Shown here: positions 38,401 to 53,400 of the stretch, piece by piece
How the letters are laid out: each line of letters starts with the position of its first letter
How positions within the stretch are numbered: the stretch's first letter is position 1
DNA from: Eledone cirrhosa
Taxonomy: Eukaryota
Direction of reading: 5' to 3'
Length of the DNA stretch: 64,000 nucleotides
Assembly (NCBI GenBank): GCA_964016885.1
Contig: OZ024740.1
Location: forward strand, 244,652,001-244,716,000
Program-made: the position numbers and the translations under genes
Notes under the pieces: generated by a model
The model's input: the letters and a program-made list of their open reading frames with translations, nothing else
What the model was told of the DNA's origin: nothing
The model's database searches: none

Positions 38401-41400
38401 GTTGTAGTGGTTATATTGTAGACTGTGTAGTAGTGGTTATATTGTGGACTGTGTAGTAGTGGTTATATTGTAGACTCTGTAGTAGTGGTTATATTGTAGA
38501 TTGTGTAGTAGTGGTTATAGTGTAGACTGTGTAGTAGTGGTTATATTGTACACTGTGTAGTAGTCTGTGTAGTACTGGTTATATTATAGACTGTGTAGTA
38601 GTGGTTATATTGTAGACTGTGTAGTAGTGGTTATAGTGTAGACTGTGTAGTAGTGGTTATAGTGTAGACTGTGTTGTAGTGGTTATATTGTAGACTATGT
38701 AGTAGTGGTTATATTGTAGAATGTGTAGTAGTGGTTATATTGTAGAATGTGTAGTAGTGCTTATAGTGTAGACTGTGTTGTAGTGGTTATATTGTAGACT
38801 GTGTAGTAGTGGTTATATTGTGGACTGTGTAGTAGTGGTTATATTGTAGACTCTGTAGTAGTGGTTATATTTTAGATTGTGTAGTAGTGGTTATAGTGTA
38901 GACTGTGTAGTAGTGGTTATATTGTAGAGTGTGTAGTAGTGGTTATAGTGTAGAATGTGTAGTAGTGCTTATATTGTATACTGTGTAGTAGTGGTTATAG
39001 TGTAGACTGTGTAGTAGCGGTTATACTGTAGACTGTGTAGTATTCTGTGTAGTAGTGATTATATCGTAGACTGTGTAGTAGTGGTTATATTGTGGACTGT
39101 GTAGTAGTGGTTATATTGTAAACTGTGTAGTAGTGGTTATATTTTCGACTGTGTAGTAGTGGTTATAGTGTAGACTGTGTAGTAGTGGTTATAGTGTAGA
39201 CTGTGTAGTAGTGGTTATAGTGTAGACTGTGTAGTAGTGGTTATATTGTAGACTGTATAGTAGTGGTTATAGTGTAGACTGTGTAGTAGTGGTTATAGTG
39301 TAGACTGTGTTGTAGTGGTTGTAGTGTAGACTGTGTAGTAGTGGTTATAATGTAAATTATGTAGTAGTGCTTAAAGTAATAGACTGTGTTGTAGTGTTTA
39401 TAGTGTAGACTGTGTAGTAGTGGTTATAGTGTAGACTGTGTAGTAGTGGTTAAAGTATAGACTGTGTAGTAGTGGTTATAGTGTAGTCTGTGTAGTAGTT
39501 GTTATATTGTAGACTGTGTAGTAGTGATTATGTTGTCGACTGTGTAGTAGTGGTTATATTGTAAACTGTGTAGTAGTGGTTATAGTGTAGACTGCGTTGT
39601 AGTGATTATATTGTTTACTGTGTAGTAGTGGTTATATTGTAGACAGTGTTGTAGTGGTTATACTGTAGAATGTGTAGTAGTTGTTATTTTGTAGATTTTG
39701 TAGTAGTGGTTATAGTGTAGACAGTGTAGTAGTGTTTAAAGTGTAGACTGTGTAGTAGTGGTTAAAGTGTAAACGGTGTAGTAGTGGATATATTGTAGAC
39801 TGTGTAATAGTGGTTATATTGTAGACTGTGTGGTAGTGGTTATATTGTAGACTGTGTAGTAGTGGTTATAGTGTAGACTGTGTAGTAGTGGTTATAGTGT
39901 AGACTGTGTAGTGGTGGTTATATTGTATATTGTGTAGTAGTGGTTATATTGTCGACTGTGTAGTAGTTGTTATATTGTAGACTGTGTAGTAGTGGTTATA
40001 GTGTAGACTGTGTAGTAGTGGTTATATTGTAGACTGTGTAGTAGTGGTTATATTGTAGACTGTGTAGTAGTGGGTATATTGTAGACTGTGTAGTAGTGGT
40101 TATATTGTCGACTGTGTAGTAGTGGTTACATTGTAGACTGTGTAGTAGTGGTTATAGTGTAGACTGTGTAGTAGTGGTTATACTGTAGACTGTGTAGTAT
40201 TCTGTGTAGTAGTGGTTATATTGTAGACTGTGTAGTAGTGATTATATTGTCGACTGTGTAGTAGTGGTTATAGTGTAGACTGTGTAGTAGTGGTTATAGT
40301 GTAGATTGTGTAGTAGTGGTTATATTGTAAACTGTGTAGTAGTGGTTATAGTGTGGACTGTGTAGTAGTGGTTATAGTGTAGACTGTGTAGTAGTGGTTA
40401 TATTGTAGACTGTGTAGTAGTGGTTATATTGTAGACTGTGTAGTAGTGGTTATATTGTAGACTGTTTAGTAGTGGTTATAGTGTAGACTCTGTAGTAGTC
40501 TGTCTAGTAGTGGTCATATTGTAGACTGTGTAGTAGTGATAATATTGTCGACTGTGTAGTAGTGGTTATAGTGTAGACTTGTAGTAGTGGTTATAGTGTA
40601 GACTGTGTTGTAGTGGTTGTAGTGTAGACTGTGTAGTAGTGGTTATAATGTAAATTATGTAGTAGTGCTTAAAGTAATAGACTGTGTTGTAGTGTTTATA
40701 GTGTAGACTGTGTAGTAGTGGTTATAGTGTAGACTGTGTAGTAGTGGTTAAAGTATAGACTGTGTAGTAGTGGTTATATTGTAGACTGTGTTGTAGTGGT
40801 TATAGTGTAGACTGTGTTGTATTGATTATATTGTAGATGGTGTAGTAGTGATTATACTGTAGACTGTCTAGTAGTCTGAGTAGTAATGGTTATAGTGTAG
40901 CTGTGTAGTAGTTGTTAATGTGTAGATTGTGTAGTAGTGGTTATATTGTAGACTGTGTAGTAGTGTTTATATTGTAGACTGTGTAGTACTTGTTATATTG
41001 TAGACTGTGTAGTAGTGGTTATATTGTAGACTGTGTAGTAGTGGTTATAGTGTAGAATGTGTAATAGTGGTTATATTTTAGACTGTGTAGTAGTTGTTAT
41101 ATTGTGAAACTGTGTAGTAATGGTTATATTGTAGACTGTGTAGTAGTGGTTATATTGTAGACTGTGTAGTAGTAGTTATATTGTAGACGGTGTAGTAGTG
41201 GTTATATTGTAGACTGTGTAGTAGTGGTTATATTGTGGACTGTGTAATAGTGGTTATATTGTAGACTGTGTAGTAGCGGTTATAGTGTAGACTGTGTAGT
41301 AGTGATTATATTGTAGACTGTGTAGTAGTCTGTGTAGTATGGTTATATTGTAGACTGTGTAGTAGTGGTTATATTGTAGACTGTGTAGTAGTGGTTATAG

Positions 41401-44400
41401 TTTAGACTGTGTAGTAGTGGTTATAGTGTAGACTGTGTTGTAGTGGTTATATTGTAGACTATGTAGTAGTGTTTATATTGTAGACTGTGTAGTAGTGGTT
41501 ATATTGTAGATTGTGTAGTAGTGGTTAAAGTGTAGACTGTGTAGTAGTGGTTATATTGTGGACTGTGTAGTAGTGGTTATATTGTAGACTGTGTAGTAGT
41601 GGTTATAGTGTGGGCTGTGTGATAGTGATTATAGTGTAGACTGTGTAGTAGTGGTTATAGTGTAGACTGTGTAGTAGTTGTTATATTGTGAACTGTGTAG
41701 TAGTGGTTATATTGTAGACTGTGTAGTAGTGGTTATAGTGTGGACTCTGTAATAGTGGTTATATTGTAGACTGTGTAGTAGTGGTTATATTGTAGACTGT
41801 GTAGTAGTGGTTATATTGTGGGCTGTGTAGTAGTGGTTATAGTGTAGAATGTGTAATAGTGGTTATATTTTAGACTGTGTAGTAGTTGTTATATTGTGAA
41901 ACTGTGTAGTAATGGTTATATTGTAGACTGTGTAGTAGTAGTTATATTGTAGACTGTGTAATAGTGGTTAATTTGTAGACTGTGTAGTAGTGGTTATATT
42001 GTGAACTGTGTAGTAGTGGTTATATTGTGGACTGTGTAGTAGTGGTTATCTTGTAGACTGTGTAGTAGTGGTCATATTGTAGACTGTGTAATAGTGGTTA
42101 ATTTGTACACCGTGTAATAGTGGTTAATTTGTAAACTGTGTAGGAGTGGTTATATTGTGGACTGTGTTGTAGTGGTTATAGTGTAGACTGTGTAGTAGTA
42201 GTTATATTGTGGACTGTGTAGTAGTGGTTATATTGTAGACTGTATAGTAGTGGTTATAGTGTAGACTGTGTTGTAGTGGTTATATTGTAGACTGTGTAGT
42301 ATTGGTTATATTGTAGACTGTGTTGTAGTGGTTATATTGTAGACTGTGTAGTAGTAGTTATATTGTAGACTGTGTAGGAGTGGTTATATTGTAGACTCTG
42401 TAGTAGTGGTTATAGTGTAGACTGTGTAGTAGTGGTTATATTGTAGACTCTGTAGTAGTCTGTGTAGTAGTGGTTATAGCGTAAACTGTGTAGTAGTGGT
42501 TATATAGTAGACTGTGTAGTAGTGATTATATTGTCGACTGTGTAGTAGTGGTTATATTGTGGACTGTGTAGTAGTGGTTATATTGTAGATTGTGTAGAAG
42601 TGGTTATAATGTAGACTGTGTAGTAATGGTTATATTGCAGACTGTGTAGCAGTGGTTATATTGTAAACTGTGCAGTAGTGGTTATATTGTCGACTGTGTA
42701 GTAGTGGTTATATTGTAGACTGTGTAGTAGTGGGTATAGTGTAGACTGTGTAGTAGTGGTTATATTGTAGACTGTGTAGTAATGGTTATATTGCAGACTG
42801 TGTAGTAGCGGTTATAGCGTAGACTGTGTAGTAGTGGTTATATTGTAGACTGTGTAGTAGTGATTATATTGTCGACTGTGTAGTAGTGTTTATAGTGTAG
42901 ACTGTGTAGTAGTGGTTATAGTGTGGACTGTGTTGTAGTGGTTATATTGAAGACTGTGTTGTAGTGGTTATAGTGTAGACTGTGTTGTAGTGGTTATAGT
43001 GTAGACTGTGTTGTAGTGGTTATATTGAAGATTGTGTTGTAGTGGTTATAGTGTAGACGGTGTTGTAGGGGTTATAGTGTAGACTGTGTTGTAGTGATTA
43101 TATTGTAGATGGTGTAGTAGTGGTTATACTGTAGACTGTCTGGTAGTTTGCGTAGTAGTGGTTATAGTGTAGACTGCGTTGTAGTGATTATATTGTTTAC
43201 TGTGTAGTAGTGGTTATATTGTAGACTGTGTAGTAGTGTTTAAAGTGTAGACTGTGTAGTAGTGCTTATATTGTAGACGGTGTAGTAGTGGTTATATTGT
43301 AGACTGTGTAGTAGTGGTTATATTGTAAACTGTGTAGTAGTGGTTATATTGTAGACTGTGTAATAGTGGTTAATTTGTACACCGTGTAATAGTGGTTAAT
43401 TTGTAGACTGTGTAGTAGTGGTTATATTGTGGACTGTGTAGTAGTGGTTATAGTGTAGACTGTGTAGTAGTAGTTATATTGTGGACTGTGTAGTAGTGTT
43501 TATATTGTAGACTGTGTAGTAGTGGTTATATTGTAGACTGTGTAGTAGTGGTTATATTGTAGACTGTGTAGTAGGGGTTATAGTGTAGACTCTGTAGTAG
43601 TGGTTAAAGTATAGATTGTGTTGTAGTGGTTATATTGTAGACTGTGTAATAGTGGTTATATTGTGGACTGTGTAGTAGAGGTTATATTGTAGACTCTGTA
43701 GCAGTGGTTCTATTGTAGATTGTGTAGTAGTGGTTATCGTGTAGACTGTGTAGTAGTGGTTATATTGTAGACTGTGTAGTAGTGCTTATAGTGTAGACTG
43801 TGTTGTAGTGGTTATATTGTAGACTGTGTAATAGTGGTTATATTGTGGACTGTGTAGTAGAGGTTATATTGTAGACTGTGTAGTAGTGCTTATAGTGTAG
43901 ACTGTGTTGTAGTGGTTATATTGTAGACTGTGTAATAGTGGTTATATTGTGGACTGTGTAGTAGAGGTTATATTGTAGACTCTGTAGTAGTGGTTCTATT
44001 GTAGATTGTGTAGTAGTGGTTATCGTGTAGACTGTGTAGTAGTGGTTATATTGTAGACTGTGTAGTAGTGGTTATATTGCATACTCTGTAGTAGTGCTTA
44101 TATTGTGGACTGTAGTAGTGGTTATATTGTAGACTGTGTAGTAGTGGTTATAGTGTAGACTGTGTTGTAGTGGTTATATTGTAGACTGTGTAGTAGTGCT
44201 TATAGTGTAGACTGTGTTGTAGTGGTTATATTGTAGACTGTGTAATAGTGGTTATATTGTGGACTGTGTAGTAGAGGTTATATTGTAGACTCTGTAGTAG
44301 TGGTTCTATTGTAGATTGTGTAGTAGTGGTTATCGTGTAGACTGTGTAGTAGTGGTTATATTGTAGACTGTGTAGTAGTGGTTATATTGCATACTCTGTA

Positions 44401-47400
44401 GTAGTGCTTATATTGTGGACTGTAGTAGTGGTTATATTGTAGACTGTGTAGTAGTGGTTATATTGTGGACTGTGTAGTAGTGGTTATATTGTAGACTATG
44501 TAGTAGTGTTTATATTGTAGACTGTGTAGTAGTGGTTATATTGTAGATTGTGTAGTAGTGGTTAAAGTGTAGACTTTGTAGTAGTGGTTATATTGTGGAC
44601 TGTGTAGTAGTGGTTATATTATAGACTGTGTAGTAGTGGTTATAGTGTGGACTGTGTAATAGTCATTATAGTGTAGACTGTGTAGTAGTGGTTATAGTGT
44701 AGACTGTGTAGTAGTTGTTATATTGTGGACTGTGTAGTAGTGGTTATATTGTAGACTGTGTAGTAGTGGTTATAGTGTGGACTCTGTAATAGTGGTTATA
44801 TTGTAGACTGTGTAGTAGTGGTTATATTGTAGATTGTGTAGTAGTGGTTATATTGTGGACTGTGTAGTAGTGGTTATAGTGTAGAATGTGTAATAGTGGT
44901 TATATTTTAGACTGTGTAGTAGTTGTTATATTGTGAAACTGTGTAGTAATGGTTATATTGTAGACTGTGTAGTAGTGGTTATATTGTAGACTGTGTAGTA
45001 GTGGTTTATTGTAGACTGTGTAATAGTGGTTACTTTGTAGACTGTGTAGTAGTGGTTATATTGTGAACTGTGTAGTAGTGGTTATATTGTGGACTGTGTA
45101 GTAGTGGTTATCTTGTAGACTCTGTAGTAGTGGTTATATTGTAGACTGTGTAATAGTGGTTAATTTGTACACCGTGTAATAGTGGTTAATTTGTAGACTG
45201 TGTAGTAGTAGTTATATTGTAGACTGTGTAGGAGTGGTTATATTGTAGATTGTGTAATAGTGGTTAAAGTGTAGACTGTGTAGTAGTGGTTATATTGTGG
45301 ACTGTGTAGTAGTGGTTATATTGTAGACTGTGTAGTAGTGGTTATTGTGTGGACTGTGTAATAGTGATTATAGTGTAGACTGTGTAGTAGTGCTTATATT
45401 GTAGACGGTGTAGTAGTGGTTATATTGTAGACTGTGTAGTAGTGGTTCTATTGTAAACTGTGTAGTAGTGGTTATATTGTAGACTGTGTAATAGTGGTTA
45501 ATTTGTACCCCGTGTAATAGTGGTTAATTTGTAGACTGTGTAGTAGTGGTTATATTGTGGACTGTGTAGTAGTGGTTATAGTGTAGACTGTGTAGTAGTA
45601 GTTATATTGTGGACTGTGTAGTAGTGGTTATATTGTAGACTGTGTAGTAGTGGTTATAGTGTAGACTGTGTAATAGTGGTTAATTTGTACACCGTGTAAT
45701 AGTGGTTAATTTGTAGACTGTGTAGTAGTGGTTATATTGTGGACTGTGTAGTAGTGGTTATAGTGTAGACTGTGTAGTAGTAGTTATATTGTGGACTGTG
45801 TAGTAGTGGTTATATTGTAGACTGTGTAGTAGTGGTTATAGTGTAGACTCTGTTGTAGTGGTTATATTGTAGACTGTGTAGTATTGGTTATATTGTAGAC
45901 TGTGTAGTAGGTGTTATATTGTAGACTGTGTTGTAGTGGTTATATTGTAGACTGTGTAGTAGTAGTTATATTGTAGACTCTTTAGTAGTCTGTGTAGTAG
46001 TGGTTATAGCGTAAACTGTGTAGTAGTGGTTATATAGTAGACTGTGTAGTAGTGATTATATTGTCGACTGTGTAGTAGTGGTTATATTGTCGACTGTGTA
46101 GTAGTGGTTATATTGTAGATTGTGTAGAAGTGGTTATAATGTAGACTGTGTAGTAATGGTTATATTGCAGACTGTGTAGTTGTGGTTATATTGTAGACTG
46201 TGTAGTAGTGGTTATATGGTAGACTGTGTAGTAGTGGTTATATTGTAGACTGTGTAGTAGTGGTTATATTGTAGACTGTGTAGTAGTGGTTATAGTGTAG
46301 ACTCTGTAGTAGTGGTTAAAGTATAGATTGTGTTGTATGGGTTATATTGTAGACTCTGTAGTAGTCTGTGTAGTAGTGGTTATAGTGTAGACTGTGTTGT
46401 AATGGTTATATTATAGACTGTGTAGTAGTGCTTATAGTGTAGACTGTGTTGTAGTGGTTATATTGCAGACTGTGTAGTAGTGGTTATATTGTGGACTGTG
46501 TAGTAGCGGTTATACTGTAGATTGTGTAGTAGTGGTTATAGTGTGGACTGTGTAATAGTGGTTATATTGTAGACTGTCTAGTAGTAGTTATAGTGTAGAC
46601 TGTGTAGTAGTGATTATATTGTAGACTGTGTAGTAGTGGTTATATAGTAGACTGTGTAGTAGTGGTTATAGTGTAGACTGTGTAGTAGTGGTTATAGTGT
46701 AGACTCTGTTGTAGTGGTTATATTGTAGACTATGTAGTAGTGTTTATATTGTAGACTGTGTAGTAGTGGTTATATTGTAGATTGTGTAGTAGTGGTTAAA
46801 GTGTAGACTGTGTAGTAGTGGTTATATTGTGGACTGTGTAGTAGTGGTTATATTGTAGACTGTGTAGTAGTGGTTATAGTGTGGACTGTGTAATAGTGAT
46901 TATAGTGTAGACTGTGTAGTAGTGGTTATAGTGTAGACTGTGTAGTAGTGGTTATATTGTAGACTGTGTAGTAGTGGTTATATTGTAGACTGTGTAGTAG
47001 TGGTTATATTGTAGACTGTGTAATAGTGGTTAATTTGTAGACTGTGTAGTAGTGGTTATATTGTGAACTGTGTAGTAGTGGTTATATTGTGGACTGTGTA
47101 GTAGTGGTTATCTTGTAGTCTGTGTAGTAGTGGCTATATTGTAGACTGTGTAGTAGTGGTTATAGTGTAGACTGTGTAGTAGTGTTTATATTGTAGACTG
47201 TGTAGTAGTGGTTATATTGTAGACTGTGTAGTAGTGGTTATATTGTAGACTGTGTAGTAGGGGTTATAGTGTAGACTCTGTAGTAGTGGTTAAAGTATAG
47301 ATTGTGTTGTATGGGTTATATTGTGGACTCTGTAGTAGTCTGTGTAGTAGTGGTTATATTGTAGACTGTGTAGTAGTGGTTATAGTGTAGACTGTGTTGT

Positions 47401-50400
47401 AGTGGTTATATTGTAGACTGTGTAGTAGTGCTTATAGTGTAGACTGTGTTGTAGTGGTTATATTGTAGACTGTGTAATAGTGGTTATATTGTGGACTGTG
47501 TAGTAGAGGTTATATTGTAGACTCTGTAGTAGTGGTTCTATTGTAGATTGTGTAGTAGTGGTTATCGTGTAGACTGTGTAGTAGTGGTTATATTGTAGAC
47601 TGTGTAGTAGTGGTTATATTGCATACTCTGTAGTAGTGCTTATATTGTGGAATGTAGTAGTGGTTATATTGTAGACTGTGTAGTAGTGGTTATATTGTGG
47701 ACTGTGTAGTAGTGGTTATATTGTAGACTATGTAGTAGTGTTTATATTGTAGACTGTGTAGTAGTGGTTATATTGTAGATTGTGTAGTAGTGGTTAAAGT
47801 GTAGACTTTGTAGTAGTGGTTATATTGTGGACTGTGTAGTAGTGGTTATATTATAGACTGTGTAGTAGTGGTTATAGTGTGGACTGTGTAGTAGTGGTTA
47901 TATTGTGGACTGTGTAATAGTGGTTATATTGTAGACTGTGTAGTAGCGGTTATAGTGTAGACTGTGTAGTAGTGATTATATTGTAGACTGTGTAGTAGTC
48001 TGTGTAGTATGGTTATATTGTAGACTGTGTAGTAGTGGTTATATTGTAGACTGTGTAGTAGTGGTTATAGTTTAGACTGTGTAGTAGTGGTTATAGTGTA
48101 GACTGTGTTGTAGTGGTTATATTGTAGACTATGTAGTAGTGTTTATATTGTAGACTGTGTAGTAGTGGTTATATTGTAGATTGTGTAGTAGTGGTTAAAG
48201 TGTAGACTGTGTAGTAGTGGTTATATTGTGGACTGTGTAGTAGTGGTTATATTGTAGACTGTGTAGTAGTGGTTATAGTGTGGGCTGTGTGATAGTGATT
48301 ATAGTGTAGACTGTGTAGTAGTGGTTATAGTGTAGACTGTGTAGTAGTTGTTATATTGTGAACTGTGTAGTAGTGGTTATATTGTAGACTGTGTAGTAGT
48401 GGTTATAGTGTGGACTCTGTAATAGTGGTTATATTGTAGACTGTGTAGTAGTGGTTATATTGTAGACTGTGTAGTAGTGGTTATATTGTGGGCTGTGTAG
48501 TAGTGGTTATAGTGTAGAATGTGTAATAGTGGTTATATTTTAGACTGTGTAGTAGTTGTTATATTGTGAAACTGTGTAGTAATGGTTATATTGTAGACTG
48601 TGTAGTAGTAGTTATATTGTAGACTGTGTAATAGTGGTTAATTTGTAGACTGTGTAGTAGTGGTTATATTGTGAACTGTGTAGTAGTGGTTATATTGTGG
48701 ACTGTGTAGTAGTGGTTATCTTGTAGACTGTGTAGTAGTGGTCATATTGTAGACTGTGTAATAGTGGTTAATTTGTACACCGTGTAATAGTGGTTAATTT
48801 GTAAACTGTGTAGGAGTGGTTATATTGTGGACTGTGTTGTAGTGGTTATAGTGTAGACTGTGTAGTAGTAGTTATATTGTGGACTGTGTAGTAGTGGTTA
48901 TATTGTAGACTGTATAGTAGTGGTTATAGTGTAGACTGTGTTGTAGTGGTTATATTGTAGACTGTGTAGTATTGGTTATATTGTAGACTGTGTTGTAGTG
49001 GTTATATTGTAGACTGTGTAGTAGTAGTTATATTGTAGACTGTGTAGGAGTGGTTATATTGTAGACTCTGTAGTAGTGGTTATAGTGTAGACTGTGTAGT
49101 AGTGGTTATATTGTAGACTCTGTAGTAGTCTGTGTAGTAGTGGTTATAGCGTAAACTGTGTAGTAGTGGTTATATAGTAGACTGTGTAGTAGTGATTATA
49201 TTGTCGACTGTGTAGTAGTGGTTATATTGTGGACTGTGTAGTAGTGGTTATATTGTAGATTGTGTAGAAGTGGTTATAATGTAGACTGTGTAGTAATGGT
49301 TATATTGCAGACTGTGTAGCAGTGGTTATATTGTAAACTGTGCAGTAGTGGTTATATTGTCGACTGTGTAGTAGTGGTTATATTGTAGACTGTGTAGTAG
49401 TGGGTATAGTGTAGACTGTGTAGTAGTGGTTATATTGTAGACTGTGTAGTAATGGTTATATTGCAGACTGTGTAGTAGCGGTTATAGCGTAGACTGTGTA
49501 GTAGTGGTTATATTGTAGACTGTGTAGTAGTGATTATATTGTCGACTGTGTAGTAGTGTTTATAGTGTAGACTGTGTAGTAGTGGTTATAGTGTGGACTG
49601 TGTTGTAGTGGTTATATTGAAGACTGTGTTGTAGTGGTTATAGTGTAGACTGTGTTGTAGTGGTTATAGTGTAGACTGTGTTGTAGTGGTTATATTGAAG
49701 ATTGTGTTGTAGTGGTTATAGTGTATACGGTGTTGTAGGGGTTATAGTGTAGACTGTGTTGTAGTGATTATATTGTAGATGGTGTAGTAGTGGTTATACT
49801 GTAGACTGTCTGGTAGTTTGCGTAGTAGTGGTTATAGTGTAGACTGCGTTGTAGTGATTATATTGTTTACTGTGTAGTAGTGGTTATATTGTAGACTGTG
49901 TAGTAGTGTTTAAAGTGTAGACTGTGTAGTAGTGCTTATATTGTAGACGGTGTAGTAGTGGTTATATTGTAGACTGTGTAGTAGTGGTTATATTGTAAAC
50001 TGTGTAGTAGTGGTTATATTGTAGACTGTGTAATAGTGGTTAATTTGTACACCGTGTAATAGTGGTTAATTTGTAGACTGTGTAGTAGTGGTTATATTGT
50101 GGACTGTGTAGTAGTGGTTATAGTGTAGACTGTGTAGTAGTAGTTATATTGTGGACTGTGTAGTAGTGTTTATATTGTAGACTGTGTAGTAGTGGTTATA
50201 TTGTAGACTGTGTAGTAGTGGTTATATTGTAGACTGTGTAGTAGGGGTTATAGTGTAGACTCTGTAGTAGTGGTTAAAGTATAGATTGTGTTGTAGTGGT
50301 TATATTGTAGACTGTGTAATAGTGGTTATATTGTGGACTGTGTAGTAGAGGTTATATTGTAGACTCTGTAGCAGTGGTTCTATTGTAGATTGTGTAGTAG

Positions 50401-53400
50401 TGGTTATCGTGTAGACTGTGTAGTAGTGGTTATATTGTAGACTGTGTAGTAGTGCTTATAGTGTAGACTGTGTTGTAGTGGTTATATTGTAGACTGTGTA
50501 ATAGTGGTTATATTGTGGACTGTGTAGTAGAGGTTATATTGTAGACTGTGTAGTAGTGCTTATAGTGTAGACTGTGTTGTAGTGGTTATATTGTAGACTG
50601 TGTAATAGTGGTTATATTGTGGACTGTGTAGTAGAGGTTATATTGTAGACTCTGTAGTAGTGGTTCTATTGTAGATTGTGTAGTAGTGGTTATCGTGTAG
50701 ACTGTGTAGTAGTGGTTATATTGTAGACTGTGTAGTAGTGGTTATATTGCATACTCTGTAGTAGTGCTTATATTGTGGACTGTAGTAGTGGTTATATTGT
50801 AGACTGTGTAGTAGTGGTTATAGTGTAGACTGTGTTGTAGTGGTTATATTGTAGACTGTGTAGTAGTGCTTATAGTGTAGACTGTGTTGTAGTGGTTATA
50901 TTGTAGACTGTGTAATAGTGGTTATATTGTGGACTGTGTAGTAGAGGTTATATTGTAGACTCTGTAGTAGTGGTTCTATTGTAGATTGTGTAGTAGTGGT
51001 TATCGTGTAGACTGTGTAGTAGTGGTTATATTGTAGACTGTGTAGTAGTGGTTATATTGCATACTCTGTAGTAGTGCTTATATTGTGGACTGTAGTAGTG
51101 GTTATATTGTAGACTGTGTAGTAGTGGTTATATTGTGGACTGTGTAGTAGTGGTTATATTGTAGACTATGTAGTAGTGTTTATATTGTAGACTGTGTAGT
51201 AGTGGTTATATTGTAGATTGTGTAGTAGTGGTTAAAGTGTAGACTTTGTAGTAGTGGTTATATTGTGGACTGTGTAGTAGTGGTTATATTATAGACTGTG
51301 TAGTAGTGGTTATAGTGTGGACTGTGTAATAGTCATTATAGTGTAGACTGTGTAGTAGTGGTTATAGTGTAGACTGTGTAGTAGTTGTTATATTGTGGAC
51401 TGTGTAGTAGTGGTTATATTGTAGACTGTGTAGTAGTGGTTATAGTGTGGACTCTGTAATAGTGGTTATATTGTAGACTGTGTAGTAGTGGTTATATTGT
51501 AGATTGTGTAGTAGTGGTTATATTGTGGACTGTGTAGTAGTGGTTATAGTGTAGAATGTGTAATAGTGGTTATATTTTAGACTGTGTAGTAGTTGTTATA
51601 TTGTGAAACTGTGTAGTAATGGTTATATTGTAGACTGTGTAGTAGTGGTTATATTGTAGACTGTGTAGTAGTGGTTTATTGTAGACTGTGTAATAGTGGT
51701 TACTTTGTAGACTGTGTAGTAGTGGTTATATTGTGAACTGTGTAGTAGTGGTTATATTGTGGACTGTGTAGTAGTGGTTATCTTGTAGACTCTGTAGTAG
51801 TGGTTATATTGTAGACTGTGTAATAGTGGTTAATTTGTACACCGTGTAATAGTGGTTAATTTGTAGACTGTGTAGTAGTAGTTATATTGTAGACTGTGTA
51901 GGAGTGGTTATATTGTAGATTGTGTAATAGTGGTTAAAGTGTAGACTGTGTAGTAGTGGTTATATTGTGGACTGTGTAGTAGTGGTTATATTGTAGACTG
52001 TGTAGTAGTGGTTATTGTGTGGACTGTGTAATAGTGATTATAGTGTAGACTGTGTAGTAGTGCTTATATTGTAGACGGTGTAGTAGTGGTTATATTGTAG
52101 ACTGTGTAGTAGTGGTTCTATTGTAAACTGTGTAGTAGTGGTTATATTGTAGACTGTGTAATAGTGGTTAATTTGTACCCCGTGTAATAGTGGTTAATTT
52201 GTAGACTGTGTAGTAGTGGTTATATTGTGGACTGTGTAGTAGTGGTTATAGTGTAGACTGTGTAGTAGTAGTTATATTGTGGACTGTGTAGTAGTGGTTA
52301 TATTGTAGACTGTGTAGTAGTGGTTATAGTGTAGACTGTGTAATAGTGGTTAATTTGTACACCGTGTAATAGTGGTTAATTTGTAGACTGTGTAGTAGTG
52401 GTTATATTGTGGACTGTGTAGTAGTGGTTATAGTGTAGACTGTGTAGTAGTAGTTATATTGTGGACTGTGTAGTAGTGGTTATATTGTAGACTGTGTAGT
52501 AGTGGTTATAGTGTAGACTCTGTTGTAGTGGTTATATTGTAGACTGTGTAGTATTGGTTATATTGTAGACTGTGTAGTAGGTGTTATATTGTAGACTGTG
52601 TTGTAGTGGTTATATTGTAGACTGTGTAGTAGTAGTTATATTGTAGACTCTTTAGTAGTCTGTGTAGTAGTGGTTATAGCGTAAACTGTGTAGTAGTGGT
52701 TATATAGTAGACTGTGTAGTAGTGATTATATTGTCGACTGTGAAGTAGTGGTTATATTGTCGACTGTGTAGTAGTGGTTATATTGTAGATTGTGTAGAAG
52801 TGGTTATAATGTAGACTGTGTAGTAATGGTTATATTGCAGACTGTGTAGTTGTGGTTATATTGTAGACTGTGTAGTAGTGGTTATATGGTAGACTGTGTA
52901 GTAGTGGTTATATTGTAGACTGTGTAGTAGTGGTTATATTGTAGACTGTGTAGTAGTGGTTATAGTGTAGACTCTGTAGTAGTGGTTAAAGTATAGATTG
53001 TGTTGTATGGGTTATATTGTAGACTCTGTAGTAGTCTGTGTAGTAGTGGTTATAGTGTAGACTGTGTTGTAATGGTTATATTATAGACTGTGTAGTAGTG
53101 CTTATAGTGTAGACTGTGTTGTAGTGGTTATATTGCAGACTGTGTAGTAGTGGTTATATTGTGGACTGTGTAGTAGCGGTTATACTGTAGATTGTGTAGT
53201 AGTGGTTATAGTGTGGACTGTGTAATAGTGGTTATATTGTAGACTGTCTAGTAGTAGTTATAGTGTAGACTGTGTAGTAGTGATTATATTGTAGACTGTG
53301 TAGTAGTGGTTATATAGTAGACTGTGTAGTAGTGGTTATAGTGTAGACTGTGTAGTAGTGGTTATAGTGTAGACTCTGTTGTAGTGGTTATATTGTAGAC

